Source: Thermoanaerobaculia bacterium (GTDB lineage Bacteria > Acidobacteriota > Thermoanaerobaculia > Multivoradales > Multivoraceae). From it: DNA of 64,000 nt. Below the pieces are notes generated by a model, which made no database searches, was not told where the DNA came from, and saw only the letters and a program-made list of their open reading frames with translations. Location of the stretch: NCBI GenBank assembly GCA_035524895.1, contig DATLFI010000265.1, positions 1,026 through 65,025 of the forward strand, given 5' to 3'. A program made the translations under genes and the position numbers. Positions 18,028 through 26,881 of this stretch are shown piece by piece. Position 1 is the stretch's first letter; the number at the start of each line of letters is the position of its first letter.

Positions 18028-19379
18028 GCGAGCTCGCCACCTCTCCCGCCTCCACCGACGCAGGAGCGACTGCTACCGGGAGGACCGATTCGGACTCTGG
18101 GTTCGATGCGGCTGCGCTCGCTGCTGCGGTTCGTGTCGCCCAACGGCGCCTGGGCTCCGCCGGCGCCCCGGCGCGCACCGCGGCGCTCCACGCGCTCGCT
18201 GCCTTGCTCGAGGAGCGTCGCGACGAGATCTTGCGTGCAAACGAACGGGATATCGACGCCGCTCGCCGCGGCGGGCTCGCGCCTGCGCTCCTCGGCCGGC
18301 TGGAGCTCTCGGCCGCGAAGCTGCGCGTGCTGGTCGAGGGGGTCGAGCAGCTCGCCGCCGAGCCCGACCCGATCGGCACCGTGGTGCGCCGCACGCGTCT
18401 CGACGACGGTTTCGTGCTCGAGCAGGTGCGCAGCCCGCTCGGCGTGCTGCTGATCGTGTTCGAGAGCCGGCCCGACGCGGTGGTGCAGATCGGTTCCCTG
18501 GCCTTGCGCTCGGGCAACGGCGTGATCCTCAAGGGCGGGGCGGAGGCCAAGCACAGCAACCTCGTGCTGGTCGAGTGCCTGCGCGCTGCGCTCGTCGCCG
18601 CGGGTCTGCCCGCCGATGCGGTGGCCGGCGTCGAGGGACGCGAGCGCGTGCGCGAGCTCTTGCGCTGCGATCACGACATCGACCTGGTGATCCCTCGCGG
18701 GTCGTCACAGCTCGTGCGCAGCATCCAGGAGTCGACGCGGATCCCCGTGCTCGGTCACGCCGAGGGCATCTGCCATCTGTACCTCGACGCTGCCGCCGAC
18801 CCGGAGCGCGCCACGAGGATCGCGATCGACGCCAAATGCGGCTATCCGTCGGCCTGCAACGCGATCGAGACGCTGCTCGTCCACCGCTCGTACTTGCCGC
18901 GGTTGCCGGTGCTCGCCGAGGTCCTGCGCGCGCGCGGCGTCGAGCTGCGCGGCGACGCAGAGTCGCTGCCGCTCCTCGGCGAGGCCAAGCCCGCCACGGA
19001 GGAGGACTGGCGCACCGAGTACGGCTCGCTCGTGTTGTCGGTGAAGACGGTGGGCAGCGTCGACGAGGCGATCGAGCACATCCACCGGCACGGCTCCGCC
19101 CACACCGACGCTGTCGTCACCGAGGACGAGGCGGTCGCCGAGCGCTTCCTCGCCGAGGTCGATTCCGCCTCGGTGTTCTGGAACGCCAGCACCCGCTTCG
19201 CCGACGGCTACCGCTTCGGCCTCGGTGCCGAGGTCGGCATCTCGACCTCGCGCATCCACGCGCGCGGCCCGGTCGGTGTCGAGGGCCTGCTGACCACGCG
19301 CTGGCTGCTCCGGGGCCAGGGGCAGTCGGCATCGGACTATGGCGAGGGCGGCCGGCGGTTCCTGCATGAGCCGGTGTAG
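18024..19379 (+). CDS. proA: Gamma-glutamyl phosphate reductase
   Basis: MSELATSP...LLIVFESRPDAVVQIGSLALRSGNGVILKGGAEAKHSN...CNAIETLLVH is an aldehyde-dehydrogenase-fold ProA. ATG 18024 overlaps the proB TGA 18025-18027. Confidence 0.85.
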   Translation: MSELATSPASTDAGATATGRTDSDSGFDAAALAAAVRVAQRRLGSAGAPARTAALHALAALLEERRDEILRANERDIDAARRGGLAPALLGRLELSAAKLRVLVEGVEQLAAEPDPIGTVVRRTRLDDGFVLEQVRSPLGVLLIVFESRPDAVVQIGSLALRSGNGVILKGGAEAKHSNLVLVECLRAALVAAGLPADAVAGVEGRERVRELLRCDHDIDLVIPRGSSQLVRSIQESTRIPVLGHAEGICHLYLDAAADPERATRIAIDAKCGYPSACNAIETLLVHRSYLPRLPVLAEVLRARGVELRGDAESLPLLGEAKPATEEDWRTEYGSLVLSVKTVGSVDEAIEHIHRHGSAHTDAVVTEDEAVAERFLAEVDSASVFWNASTRFADGYRFGLGAEVGISTSRIHARGPVGVEGLLTTRWLLRGQGQSASDYGEGGRRFLHEPV

Positions 19380-19555
19380 GGGTTTCGCGTCCGGTTTTCA
19401 TCCACTCGGGTGCCCCGCAGGGGCATGCGCGACCAGACGCCAGACCGGTTATCGATCGCCTCTGCCCGGGCATCGCGTGATGACCCGGAGAGGGCACGGG
19501 TCTGGTAGTTTCAGGCCTTGTCCAGACCCGCTCGACATCTCGGAGACCCGCCACC

Positions 19556-20932
19556 GTGATTGCAGCACTCCGTGGTCCCAGTGTTCGCTCCCTGTTCGCC
19601 ATACTCGCGATCTTCGCCACCCTGGAAGCTCCTGCCGCTGCCCAGGAGAACTGGCCCTCGTTCCGCGGTCCCGACGCCACCAACGTCGCGGCCGACGACC
19701 CCCGGCTGCCCACGACCTGGAGCAACACCGAGAACGTGGTGTGGTCTCGCGAGGTGCGCGGCCTCGGCTGGTCGTCGCCCATCGTCTGGGGCGACCGCGT
19801 GTTCCTGACCAGCGTGTGGAGCGAGGGCGAGATCGAGGAGCCCAAGAAGGGCCTCTACTTCGGCGGTGAGCGCGGCGCGCCCAACGATTCCCACCACTGG
19901 TTGGTCTATTGCTTCCGCACTGCCGACGGATCTCCGTGCTGGGAACGGGAGGTCCATTCAGGCGTGCCATCCTTTTCGCGCCACATCAAGAACACGTTCG
20001 CGTCGGAGACACCCGTCACGGACGGTGAACGGTTGTACGCCTACTTCGGCAACGTCGGTGTGTTCGCGCTGACGCTCGACGGCGAGCCGGTGTGGGAGAA
20101 GCGATTCGAGCCGGTGCGCACGCGTTTCGGCTGGGGCACCGCCGCCTCGCCGATCGTCCACGACGGCACGCTGTTCATCGTCAACGACAACGACGACCAC
20201 TCTTTCCTTGCCGCGCTCGACGCGAAGGCCGGCGCGGAGAAGTGGCGGATCGACCGCGAGGAGAAGAGCAACTGGGTGACACCGTTCGTGTGGCAGAACG
20301 AGCTGCGCACCGAGCTCGTCACGGTCGGCACGACGGAGGCTCGCTCGTACGACCTCGACGGCAACCTGCTGTGGTCGATCGGGAACATGTCGTCGATCGC
20401 GATTCCACAGCCTTTCGCGGCGCACGGCCTGCTCTACATCGCCTCGGGCTACGTCGGCGACAACAACCGCCCGGTGTACGCGGTCAAGCCCGGCGGCAAG
20501 GGCGACATCTCGCTCGCCGAGGGCGCCAAGAGCAACGAGCACATCGTCTGGTTCCACCCGCAGGCCGGTCCCTACAACCCGACACCGCTGGTCTACGGCG
20601 ATCTCTACTACACGCTCTTCGACCGTGGCTTCTTCACCAGCCATGATGCGAAGACCGGCGCGGAGGTCTACGACAAGCACCGTCTCGAGCGGGGCGCCGG
20701 CGGGTTCACGGTCTCGCCGTGGGCCTACAACGGCAGGATCTTCGCCCTCAACGAGGATGGCGACACGTACGTCATCAAGGCCGGCCCCAGCTTCGAGATC
20801 GAGGGCAAGAACTCGCTGGACGAGATGTGCATGGCGACGCCCGCGATCGCCGACGGCAGCCTGTACATCCGCACGCTCTCGAAGCTCTATCGCCTCTCCA
20901 ACGTGAAAGCTGCCGCGACTGCGTCTCCGTAG
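19556..20932 (+). CDS. Secreted PQQ-like beta-propeller repeat protein
   Basis: GTG start and signal peptide SLFAILAIFATLEAPAAAQ. Repeated W...G..V.A.D..TG...W motifs (e.g. VVWSREVRGLGWSSPIVWGDRVFLTS, LYIRTLSKLYRL) are typical of PQQ-repeat propellers. Confidence 0.6.
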   Translation: MIAALRGPSVRSLFAILAIFATLEAPAAAQENWPSFRGPDATNVAADDPRLPTTWSNTENVVWSREVRGLGWSSPIVWGDRVFLTSVWSEGEIEEPKKGLYFGGERGAPNDSHHWLVYCFRTADGSPCWEREVHSGVPSFSRHIKNTFASETPVTDGERLYAYFGNVGVFALTLDGEPVWEKRFEPVRTRFGWGTAASPIVHDGTLFIVNDNDDHSFLAALDAKAGAEKWRIDREEKSNWVTPFVWQNELRTELVTVGTTEARSYDLDGNLLWSIGNMSSIAIPQPFAAHGLLYIASGYVGDNNRPVYAVKPGGKGDISLAEGAKSNEHIVWFHPQAGPYNPTPLVYGDLYYTLFDRGFFTSHDAKTGAEVYDKHRLERGAGGFTVSPWAYNGRIFALNEDGDTYVIKAGPSFEIEGKNSLDEMCMATPAIADGSLYIRTLSKLYRLSNVKAAATASP

Positions 20933-20960
20933 GGGCGGCCCGTGCCGCCGGGGTGAAGGC

Positions 20961-22232
20961 ATGCGTCTTGCCGGCGCGTTGGTGGGCGCGGTGCTCCTGG
21001 CGCCTGCCGCCGGCGCGATCGAGCAGACGCCACCGACTTATGCGGGCGAGATCGCGCCCATCCTGGAACGGCGTTGCGTAGGCTGCCATCGGGCTGGAGG
21101 CGGCGCGCCCATGGCGCTCGACTCGTACGAGCGTGTGCGGCCGTGGGGCGCAGCGATCGAGCGCGCGGTCGCCTCCGGCGCCATGCCGCCGTGGCACGCC
21201 GATCCAGCGCACGGCCGCTTCGCGAACGACCGTTCTCTTCCGCCGCAGGAGCGCGAGTCGCTCCTGCTTTGGTTGCGCTCCGGCCTTCCCGCCGGCGACC
21301 TGCGGCAGGTGCACGTATCAGCGGAATCGCCGCCGGCCCAAGATTGCCAGTTACCGCATGCCTTATGTCGCCCGCCGATTGCATCGGTCGACAGCGAGCG
21401 GGCGGGCGAGCCTCCCTGGCGTATCGGCACGCCCGACGCGATCCTCGAGCTGCCCGAGGTGACGGTGCCCGCCGAAGGTGAGGTTCCCTACCATTCCTAC
21501 ATGGTGCCGTCGCCGTTCGACCGCGACGTGTGGATCGAGGCGGCGGAGACGCGACCCGGGAATCCGGCGGTCGTGCACCACGTCATCGTCGAGGTGGCGG
21601 CGCCACGTGCGGCGGCGGCCGGCGACGACCCGCGCACTGTAGGCAGCCTCGGCGGCTACGTGCCGGGCGACGAGCCGCTGGTGATGCCGCCCGGTCTTGC
21701 TCGGCTGCTGCCCGCCGGCGCGCAGGTCTTCTTCCAGATCCACTACACGCCGAACGGCGAGGCGGCGACCGACCGCACGCGGCTGGCGCTCCGGCTCGCG
21801 AAGGGGCCGCCGCGCCACGAAGCGCGCACCGGGGTGGTGTCGAACCCTTTCCTGTGGATCCCCGCAGGCGCTCCGGAGGTGCGCGCGGAGGCCTCGTGGC
21901 TCTTCCCGCGGGACGCGATGCTGCTCTCGATGCGCCCGCACCTGCACCTGCGAGGACGGTCGTTCGAGTTCCGCGCGCGCTACCCGGACGGGACGGAGGA
22001 GATCCTGCTGCGTGTTCCGCGATGGAGCTTCGGCTGGCAGACGACCTACGTGCTCGCGGAGCCGAAGCCGATGCCGGTCGGGACGGAGCTGCTGTGCATC
22101 GCGACGTGGGACAATTCGGGCGCGGGCCCCGACAACCCCGATCCTGCCGCGGACGTGTCGTGGGGTGAGCGCACGAGCGACGAGATGATGATCGGTTTCT
22201 TTGACTACTACTTCGTGTCGCCCGCGGGCTGA
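20961..22232 (+). CDS. Secreted protein: N-terminal CxxCH heme-binding module fused to a copper monooxygenase (DBH/PHM)-like beta-sandwich domain
   Basis: Signal peptide MRLAGALVGAVLLAPAAGA. CVGCHRAGGGAPMALDSYERVRPW...AMPPWHADP follows. The C-terminal part carries HHVIVE, FFQIHYTP, HLHLRGRSFEF and TWDNS (His/Met ligand-like pattern). The assignment is tentative. Confidence 0.4.
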   Translation: MRLAGALVGAVLLAPAAGAIEQTPPTYAGEIAPILERRCVGCHRAGGGAPMALDSYERVRPWGAAIERAVASGAMPPWHADPAHGRFANDRSLPPQERESLLLWLRSGLPAGDLRQVHVSAESPPAQDCQLPHALCRPPIASVDSERAGEPPWRIGTPDAILELPEVTVPAEGEVPYHSYMVPSPFDRDVWIEAAETRPGNPAVVHHVIVEVAAPRAAAAGDDPRTVGSLGGYVPGDEPLVMPPGLARLLPAGAQVFFQIHYTPNGEAATDRTRLALRLAKGPPRHEARTGVVSNPFLWIPAGAPEVRAEASWLFPRDAMLLSMRPHLHLRGRSFEFRARYPDGTEEILLRVPRWSFGWQTTYVLAEPKPMPVGTELLCIATWDNSGAGPDNPDPAADVSWGERTSDEMMIGFFDYYFVSPAG

Positions 22233-22258
22233 CGCGCTCGCGGAGCGAAGGAGACGGA

Positions 22259-22768
22259 ATGAACGCGGAACAGTTGCGCTCCCTGCAGGCGCCCCTGAAG
22301 CAGCAGTACAAGGAGCACCCCGAGGTCGCGGTCGTCACCCTCCGTGCGGAGGGGCGGGTCGGCGAGGGTGTCACTTGCAGGGTGGAGACGGCCCGGGTCG
22401 TTGCCGGGCTGCACCCAGCCACCGGCGGCGACGGGCTCGCCGCGTGCTCGGGTGACATGCTGCTCGAAGCGCTGGTGGCCTGCGCCGGCGTGACGCTGGG
22501 AGCGGTGGCGACCGCGCTGGGGATCGAGCTGCGCGACGCGGCGGTGCGCGCGGAAGGGGACCTCGACTTCCGGGGTACTCTCGGCGTGGCCAAGGACGCG
22601 CCGGTTGGCTTCCGCGACGTGCGACTCCAGTTCGTGCTCGACACCGAGGCCACCGAGGAGCAGCTAGCTACCCTGATCCGCCTCACCGAGCGCTACTGTG
22701 TCGTCTACCAGACGCTTCGCGTGCCGCCGCCGATCGCGATCGAGGTGACGTTGAGGACCGGCGGCTGA
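22259..22768 (+). CDS. OsmC/Ohr-family protein (peroxiredoxin-like)
   Basis: The sequence is 169 aa. The paired Cys residues (CSGDMLLEALVACAG, RYCVVYQTL) have the typical OsmC-fold layout. Confidence 0.75.
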   Translation: MNAEQLRSLQAPLKQQYKEHPEVAVVTLRAEGRVGEGVTCRVETARVVAGLHPATGGDGLAACSGDMLLEALVACAGVTLGAVATALGIELRDAAVRAEGDLDFRGTLGVAKDAPVGFRDVRLQFVLDTEATEEQLATLIRLTERYCVVYQTLRVPPPIAIEVTLRTGG

Positions 22769-22823
22769 CCGCCGGGGGTGCGCGGCTGACCGCCGGGTTG
22801 CGCTCCGGCGGCTGACCGTCGCG
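22758..22823. repeat. Three tandem ~23-bp GC hairpin units (CCGGCGG-ctga-CCGCCGG); the first overlaps the osmC stop codon
   Basis: Units start near 22758, 22781 and 22805. Each has a 7-bp perfect inverted repeat with a CTGA loop. Confidence 0.6.
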
Positions 22824-22880
22824 CTGCCCGGCGGCGGGGCGAAGCCGTCGGCAGCGGATCCCCAAGAGGACTCCCAGCCC

Positions 22881-23735
22881 TTGACGACCTTCGTCGCGAC
22901 CTGCCTCCTACTCGTGGCGAGCGCCGCGTCGTCCGACATGGACGCGGCAGAGCGGGCATCGCGCCTCGAGCTCTTCCCGCGCGACCGTCTCTACCAACGA
23001 CACGTCGCGGATCCGTTGGACCCCGGCATGGGCGTCGAGTGGCTCGTCTTCGACGAGGTCGACGTGCCGGACTCCGGGGACGCGCGCTTCCAGCTCTCGC
23101 TGGGCGGCATCTTCGGTCTGGTGCGCCTCCGGCCGTCGGGCGGGCAGGAGGGCGGCGTCGAGCTCGGCATCCTCGCGGGCTTCGTCGGCCAGTTCGACGC
23201 CGACCGCGGCTACGACAACCTGGGATGGGACGGCTTCTACGGCCTGGTGCTCTCGACGAGCCGCGGCGGACCGTGGGCGCTCCGCGGCGGCATCAAGCAC
23301 ACGTCCAGCCACCTCGGCGACGAGTACGTCGAGCGCACCGGTCGGAGGCGCATCGACTACACGCGCGAGGAGCTGGCGGTCGCAGTCTCGCGGCGCCTCG
23401 AAGCCTGTTGCCGCCTCTACGTCGAGGGCGCCTGGGGCTACGAGCTGCGGAACCGGGAGCTCCAGGAGCCCGGTCGGGTGCAGGCCGGGCTCGAGGTCGA
23501 GCCACCGCCGTCGTTGTGGAGTGGACGCGTGGGCTGGTACGTCGCGCTCGATGTCGGTGGGTACGAGGAGAGTGACTGGCAGGTCGATTGGAGCGCGAGG
23601 GCCGGGCTGGCCCTACCGGCGCCCGGGCGCACCTGGCGGGTCGCGCTCTCCTGGCGGCGCGGGCGCGTGCCGCTCGGCGAGCACTCGCAGCATCGTGAGT
23701 CGTACTTCGGCGCGGGGCTGCTGCTCGACCTCTGA
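22881..23735 (+). CDS. Secreted hypothetical protein (possibly DUF1207-like outer-membrane protein)
   Basis: TTG start with AAGAGGA RBS 9 nt upstream. The signal-like N-terminus is TTFVATCLLLVASAASS. The C-terminal alternating pattern is beta-barrel-like. Confidence 0.4.
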   Translation: MTTFVATCLLLVASAASSDMDAAERASRLELFPRDRLYQRHVADPLDPGMGVEWLVFDEVDVPDSGDARFQLSLGGIFGLVRLRPSGGQEGGVELGILAGFVGQFDADRGYDNLGWDGFYGLVLSTSRGGPWALRGGIKHTSSHLGDEYVERTGRRRIDYTREELAVAVSRRLEACCRLYVEGAWGYELRNRELQEPGRVQAGLEVEPPPSLWSGRVGWYVALDVGGYEESDWQVDWSARAGLALPAPGRTWRVALSWRRGRVPLGEHSQHRESYFGAGLLLDL

Positions 23736-23764
23736 CCTCCAGAGGAGGTGCTCATTGACGGTCT

Positions 23765-25018
23765 CTAAGCACGGCCCGCGGCCGGGTTCCACGTCCCGCG
23801 CGCCACGGCCGGCACGAACTGCTCGAGCCCGGGGGGAGGGAACTCGATGGTGCGGCCCTCCTCGGCGCTCTGGTAGGCCGTCATCAGCAGCTCGCTCACC
23901 GCGACGCCGTCCTCGAACGTCTCGCGCGGCCGCTCGCCGCGGAGGAAGCACTCGACCATGTGGCGGTTCTCGGCGTCGTAGCCATAGGCGAACGACTCGT
24001 CCGAGACCACCGGCATGACACCGGTCTCGGCGTTCTGCTTCTCGACCAGGTCCTCGCCCGTGCCCTGCGCGAGCTCGCGGCTGAAGAACAGCTCGAGCTC
24101 CGTGTCGAGGGTGTTGACCCGCATCGAGTACTCCGGACCGAGCAGCTCCATCGACAGGCGCAGCCCGGCGCCGACGTAGCTCCACGAGGTGGTCGCCTCG
24201 ACGATGAGCGGCGTGCCCTCCTCGTCGCGGTACTCGACGAGCGCGCGCGCGAAGTCCTCCGAGGGCTTGCGCGCGTAGTCGACCTCCTCACCGTAGCGCT
24301 CCTGGAGCTGGCGTGCGTAGTGAGGTCGCTGCCACTTGAGGCAGGCGATCTGGGCGCTGACGCGAGTCGGGGTGAGGCTGTTGCGCGGTTTGCCCGGCTC
24401 GGTCAGCAGGTACCGTGCCGTCTCCACCGAATGACACATCATGTCGTTGAGCACGCCTCCCCCTTGGAGGTCGCCGCGCCAGAACCATGCGGCGTGCGGG
24501 CCGCTGTGCTCTTCGGCGGCGCGAGCCAGGTACGGCCGGCCAGCGGCCCGCGCGCCGCGCGCCCATACCAGCTCGCGCCCGCGCACGACGGCGGGGCTGA
24601 AGACCTGGTTCTCGAGATAGCCGTCGAGCAGCTTGGCCTCGCGCACCAGCTCTAGCATCCGCCGCGCCTCCCTGGCGTTGCGACCAAGCGGCTTCTCGCA
24701 AGCAATGCCGACGAGCTTGGCGCCGCCCGCCACCGCCTCGGCGATCTCGCTCATGTTGTCGAGCCGTAGGTGGTTCGGGCCGCACAGCCAGAGCGCGTCG
24801 ATGCCCGGGTCCTTCGCCATCTCTGCGATCGACGAGAACGTCCGAGCCTCGCCGACGCCGAGATCGCGCGCGAGCTTCGCCGCCTCCTCCGCGCGTCCAC
24901 GGTTGGGGCTCCAGACGCCGAGCACGTCGGCGTCGCGCACCGAGACGAAGGAGCGGATGTGAAAGCGGGTGATGAAGCCGCTGCCGATGAAGCCGATGCC
25001 GAGTCTGCGCTGGGCCAT
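23765..25018 (-). CDS. Gfo/Idh/MocA-family NAD(P)-dependent oxidoreductase
   Basis: Start MAQRRLGIGFIGSGFITRFHIRSF is a Rossmann GxGxxG (CAT 25016-25018; GGAGG RBS upstream). The track ORF to 25366 is a spurious N-extension. Confidence 0.75.
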   Translation of the reverse strand: MAQRRLGIGFIGSGFITRFHIRSFVSVRDADVLGVWSPNRGRAEEAAKLARDLGVGEARTFSSIAEMAKDPGIDALWLCGPNHLRLDNMSEIAEAVAGGAKLVGIACEKPLGRNAREARRMLELVREAKLLDGYLENQVFSPAVVRGRELVWARGARAAGRPYLARAAEEHSGPHAAWFWRGDLQGGGVLNDMMCHSVETARYLLTEPGKPRNSLTPTRVSAQIACLKWQRPHYARQLQERYGEEVDYARKPSEDFARALVEYRDEEGTPLIVEATTSWSYVGAGLRLSMELLGPEYSMRVNTLDTELELFFSRELAQGTGEDLVEKQNAETGVMPVVSDESFAYGYDAENRHMVECFLRGERPRETFEDGVAVSELLMTAYQSAEEGRTIEFPPPGLEQFVPAVARGTWNPAAGRA

Positions 25019-25170
25019 TGTTCCTCCCGAGGAGGGGGCATTTTGGCACGGCGGCCCCGGGCACTCGCGCGGTGCTTCGTTCGCTACCTCTACCCGTAAG
25101 CTCGCTGCGCCCTGCGCGCACTCGATCGAAACAGTCCCGCTGCCGCGCGCGTCTCCCCGAAGCGCGGGTA

Positions 25171-25211
25171 CAGACAAAAAGGGCGATGCCAACGTGAGCT
25201 GGCATCGCCCG
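25171..25211 (-). terminator. Strong intrinsic terminator on the minus strand: 11-bp stem GGGCGATGCCA/TGGCATCGCCC, 8-nt loop, then TTTTTGT
   Basis: Read directly. It lies 240 nt downstream of the LysM-BON gene stop and ~150 nt upstream of the Gfo/Idh/MocA start. Confidence 0.65.
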
Positions 25212-25449
25212 AAATCAAGGTACTCGACTAGGCTCCGAGGCTGGCGAGAGGGGGAAAGCGCACTCTTGATCCCCGCACACAGCGGGGCTCCCGCCAACCC
25301 CGGAGCACTTCCCGAACGAGAACGAGCACCGCGCCACCCGACCGCAGGTCGGACCGACGTGGCCACTCGAGCTCTACGCCATCTGAGTCGCCGAGGGTTC
25401 AGTTGCCGCGAGGCTATCAGACCCTTGGGGCCGCCATGCGCGAAGGCGG

Positions 25450-25938
25450 CTATTGGAGCGGCGGAATGCGCAGCACCTGGCCCGGGTAGATCTTGTCCGG
25501 GTGGGTGAGCATCGGCTTGTTCGCTTCGAAGATCACCGGGTACTTGTTGGCGTTCTTGTAGTGCGCCTTGGCGATCGCCGAGAGGGTGTCGCCCTTCTTG
25601 ACCGTGTAGAAAGTAGCCTCTGGTTCAGGCCTTTCTACCTCCATCCGGTCGTCCACCCTGGCAATGCCAAAGGTGTTGCCGACCGCCAGGGCGATCTTCT
25701 CCCTCTCGGCCTGGGTGGCGACCTTGCCGCGGACGGTGGCTAGGTCGCCGTTGACGGTGATCGCGAGGCCGTTGACGGCGATGCCCGTCTCACGCACCAC
25801 CGCCGACAAAGCCTTGGCCCGCTTGGCAGCCATCTCGGCGGGCGAGACCGTGGGCGCGACCTTGACCTTCGGCTTTTCGTCCTCTTCCATGCCGAGCATT
25901 TTGCGCCCGGCGTTCTTCACGAAGTCGATGAGACCCAT
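25450..25938 (-). CDS. BON + LysM two-domain protein (YgaU/Kbp-like peptidoglycan-binding / K+-binding protein)
   Basis: C-terminal LysM YTVKKGDTLSAIAKAHYKNANKYPVIFEANKPMLTHPDKIYPGQVLRIP. The central BON-like segment is GLAITVNGDLATVRGKVATQAEREKIALAVGN. Total length is 162 aa. Confidence 0.7.
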   Translation of the reverse strand: MGLIDFVKNAGRKMLGMEEDEKPKVKVAPTVSPAEMAAKRAKALSAVVRETGIAVNGLAITVNGDLATVRGKVATQAEREKIALAVGNTFGIARVDDRMEVERPEPEATFYTVKKGDTLSAIAKAHYKNANKYPVIFEANKPMLTHPDKIYPGQVLRIPPLQ

Positions 25939-26144
25939 GACATTCCTCCTTCACGATTGCAGCATCGGGTTGGGTCCGAGCTATCCCATCCATACTACTC
26001 CCCGGATCTCGCAGCCTCGGCTGCACGATCCGTACGCATTCGTATGAATCGAACGCAGGGATGCATGGATCGAGCCAATGCTCGTCCTCGCCCGGAGGTG
26101 GGTGGCCGCGGGGCTGTGTCGCCCGGGACGTTCGACCTACTCGG

Positions 26145-26861
26145 CTACTCGGGGGGGGCCTGGCGGTAGACGAAGGTCGAGTCCGCTGCGCCGGCCTCGA
26201 CTTCGATGTCCTGCTCGAGGGCGCCGAACGTCTCGTGCCAGGCATGGAGACGGTACGTACCGGGCGGCAGGCCGTCGATCGAGAACCGTCCCGCCGTGTC
26301 GGTGACCGCGAAGAACGGGTGCTCCATGACGAACACGTAGGCCGCCATCCACGGGTGCACGTCGCACTTGAACTTCACGGCCTGCTCGGGGCTGGTGAAG
26401 AACTTGGTGCGCGGCGGAGTGTTTGCCGGCTGGCCGAGGTTGAAGGGCCGGTTCTCCTTGGCCAGACAGCGGACGTTGTGCAGCGTGTCGTCCTCGTTGT
26501 GGACCGCGAGATCCTGCTTCACCAGGATCCCGAGCACCGTGGGTTCGTAGAAGCAGCCCTTCTGGGTCAGGTCTACGGGCTTCTCGGGGACCGCGAAAGG
26601 CCCGGTGCCCGCGGGAGCCTCCTCGAGGTACACGAACACGTTGGCGACGCCGCCGTCGGCCGCCACCAGTCGGTCGCGGGCCGGTACTGGCTTGCCCCGG
26701 TAGATCTCCGCGCACTTCGGGTCGGCATCCATGCGTAGCGGACGCGGGCGAACCTCCGGTCCTTCGTAGCGCACGACGCCGGTCGCCGAGATGCCGGCGC
26801 CGAAAGCCGAAGACGCGGCGAAGAAGAATCCGAGAAGGGCTGCTGCCGGACTTGCTGCCAT
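26145..26861 (-). CDS. Secreted cupredoxin-like (C-x2-H-x2-M) domain + carboxypeptidase-regulatory-like domain protein
   Basis: Signal peptide MAASPAAALLGFFFAASSAFGAG. A type-1-copper-like ligand spacing is FKCDVHPWM, with upstream His. A C-terminal TDTAGRFSIDGLPPGTYRLHAW CarboxypepD_reg motif follows. Confidence 0.4.
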   Translation of the reverse strand: MAASPAAALLGFFFAASSAFGAGISATGVVRYEGPEVRPRPLRMDADPKCAEIYRGKPVPARDRLVAADGGVANVFVYLEEAPAGTGPFAVPEKPVDLTQKGCFYEPTVLGILVKQDLAVHNEDDTLHNVRCLAKENRPFNLGQPANTPPRTKFFTSPEQAVKFKCDVHPWMAAYVFVMEHPFFAVTDTAGRFSIDGLPPGTYRLHAWHETFGALEQDIEVEAGAADSTFVYRQAPPE

Positions 26862-26881
26862 CGTGTGTCTCTCCGGCGCGA

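Noticed and set aside
19380-19555. 176-bp intergenic region after proA with several 6-bp stems (GACCCG...CGGGTC, GTCTGG...CCAGAC)
   Set aside because: The stems are short and common by chance at this GC. There is no U-tract or conserved motif, so it is probably just a promoter/terminator spacer.
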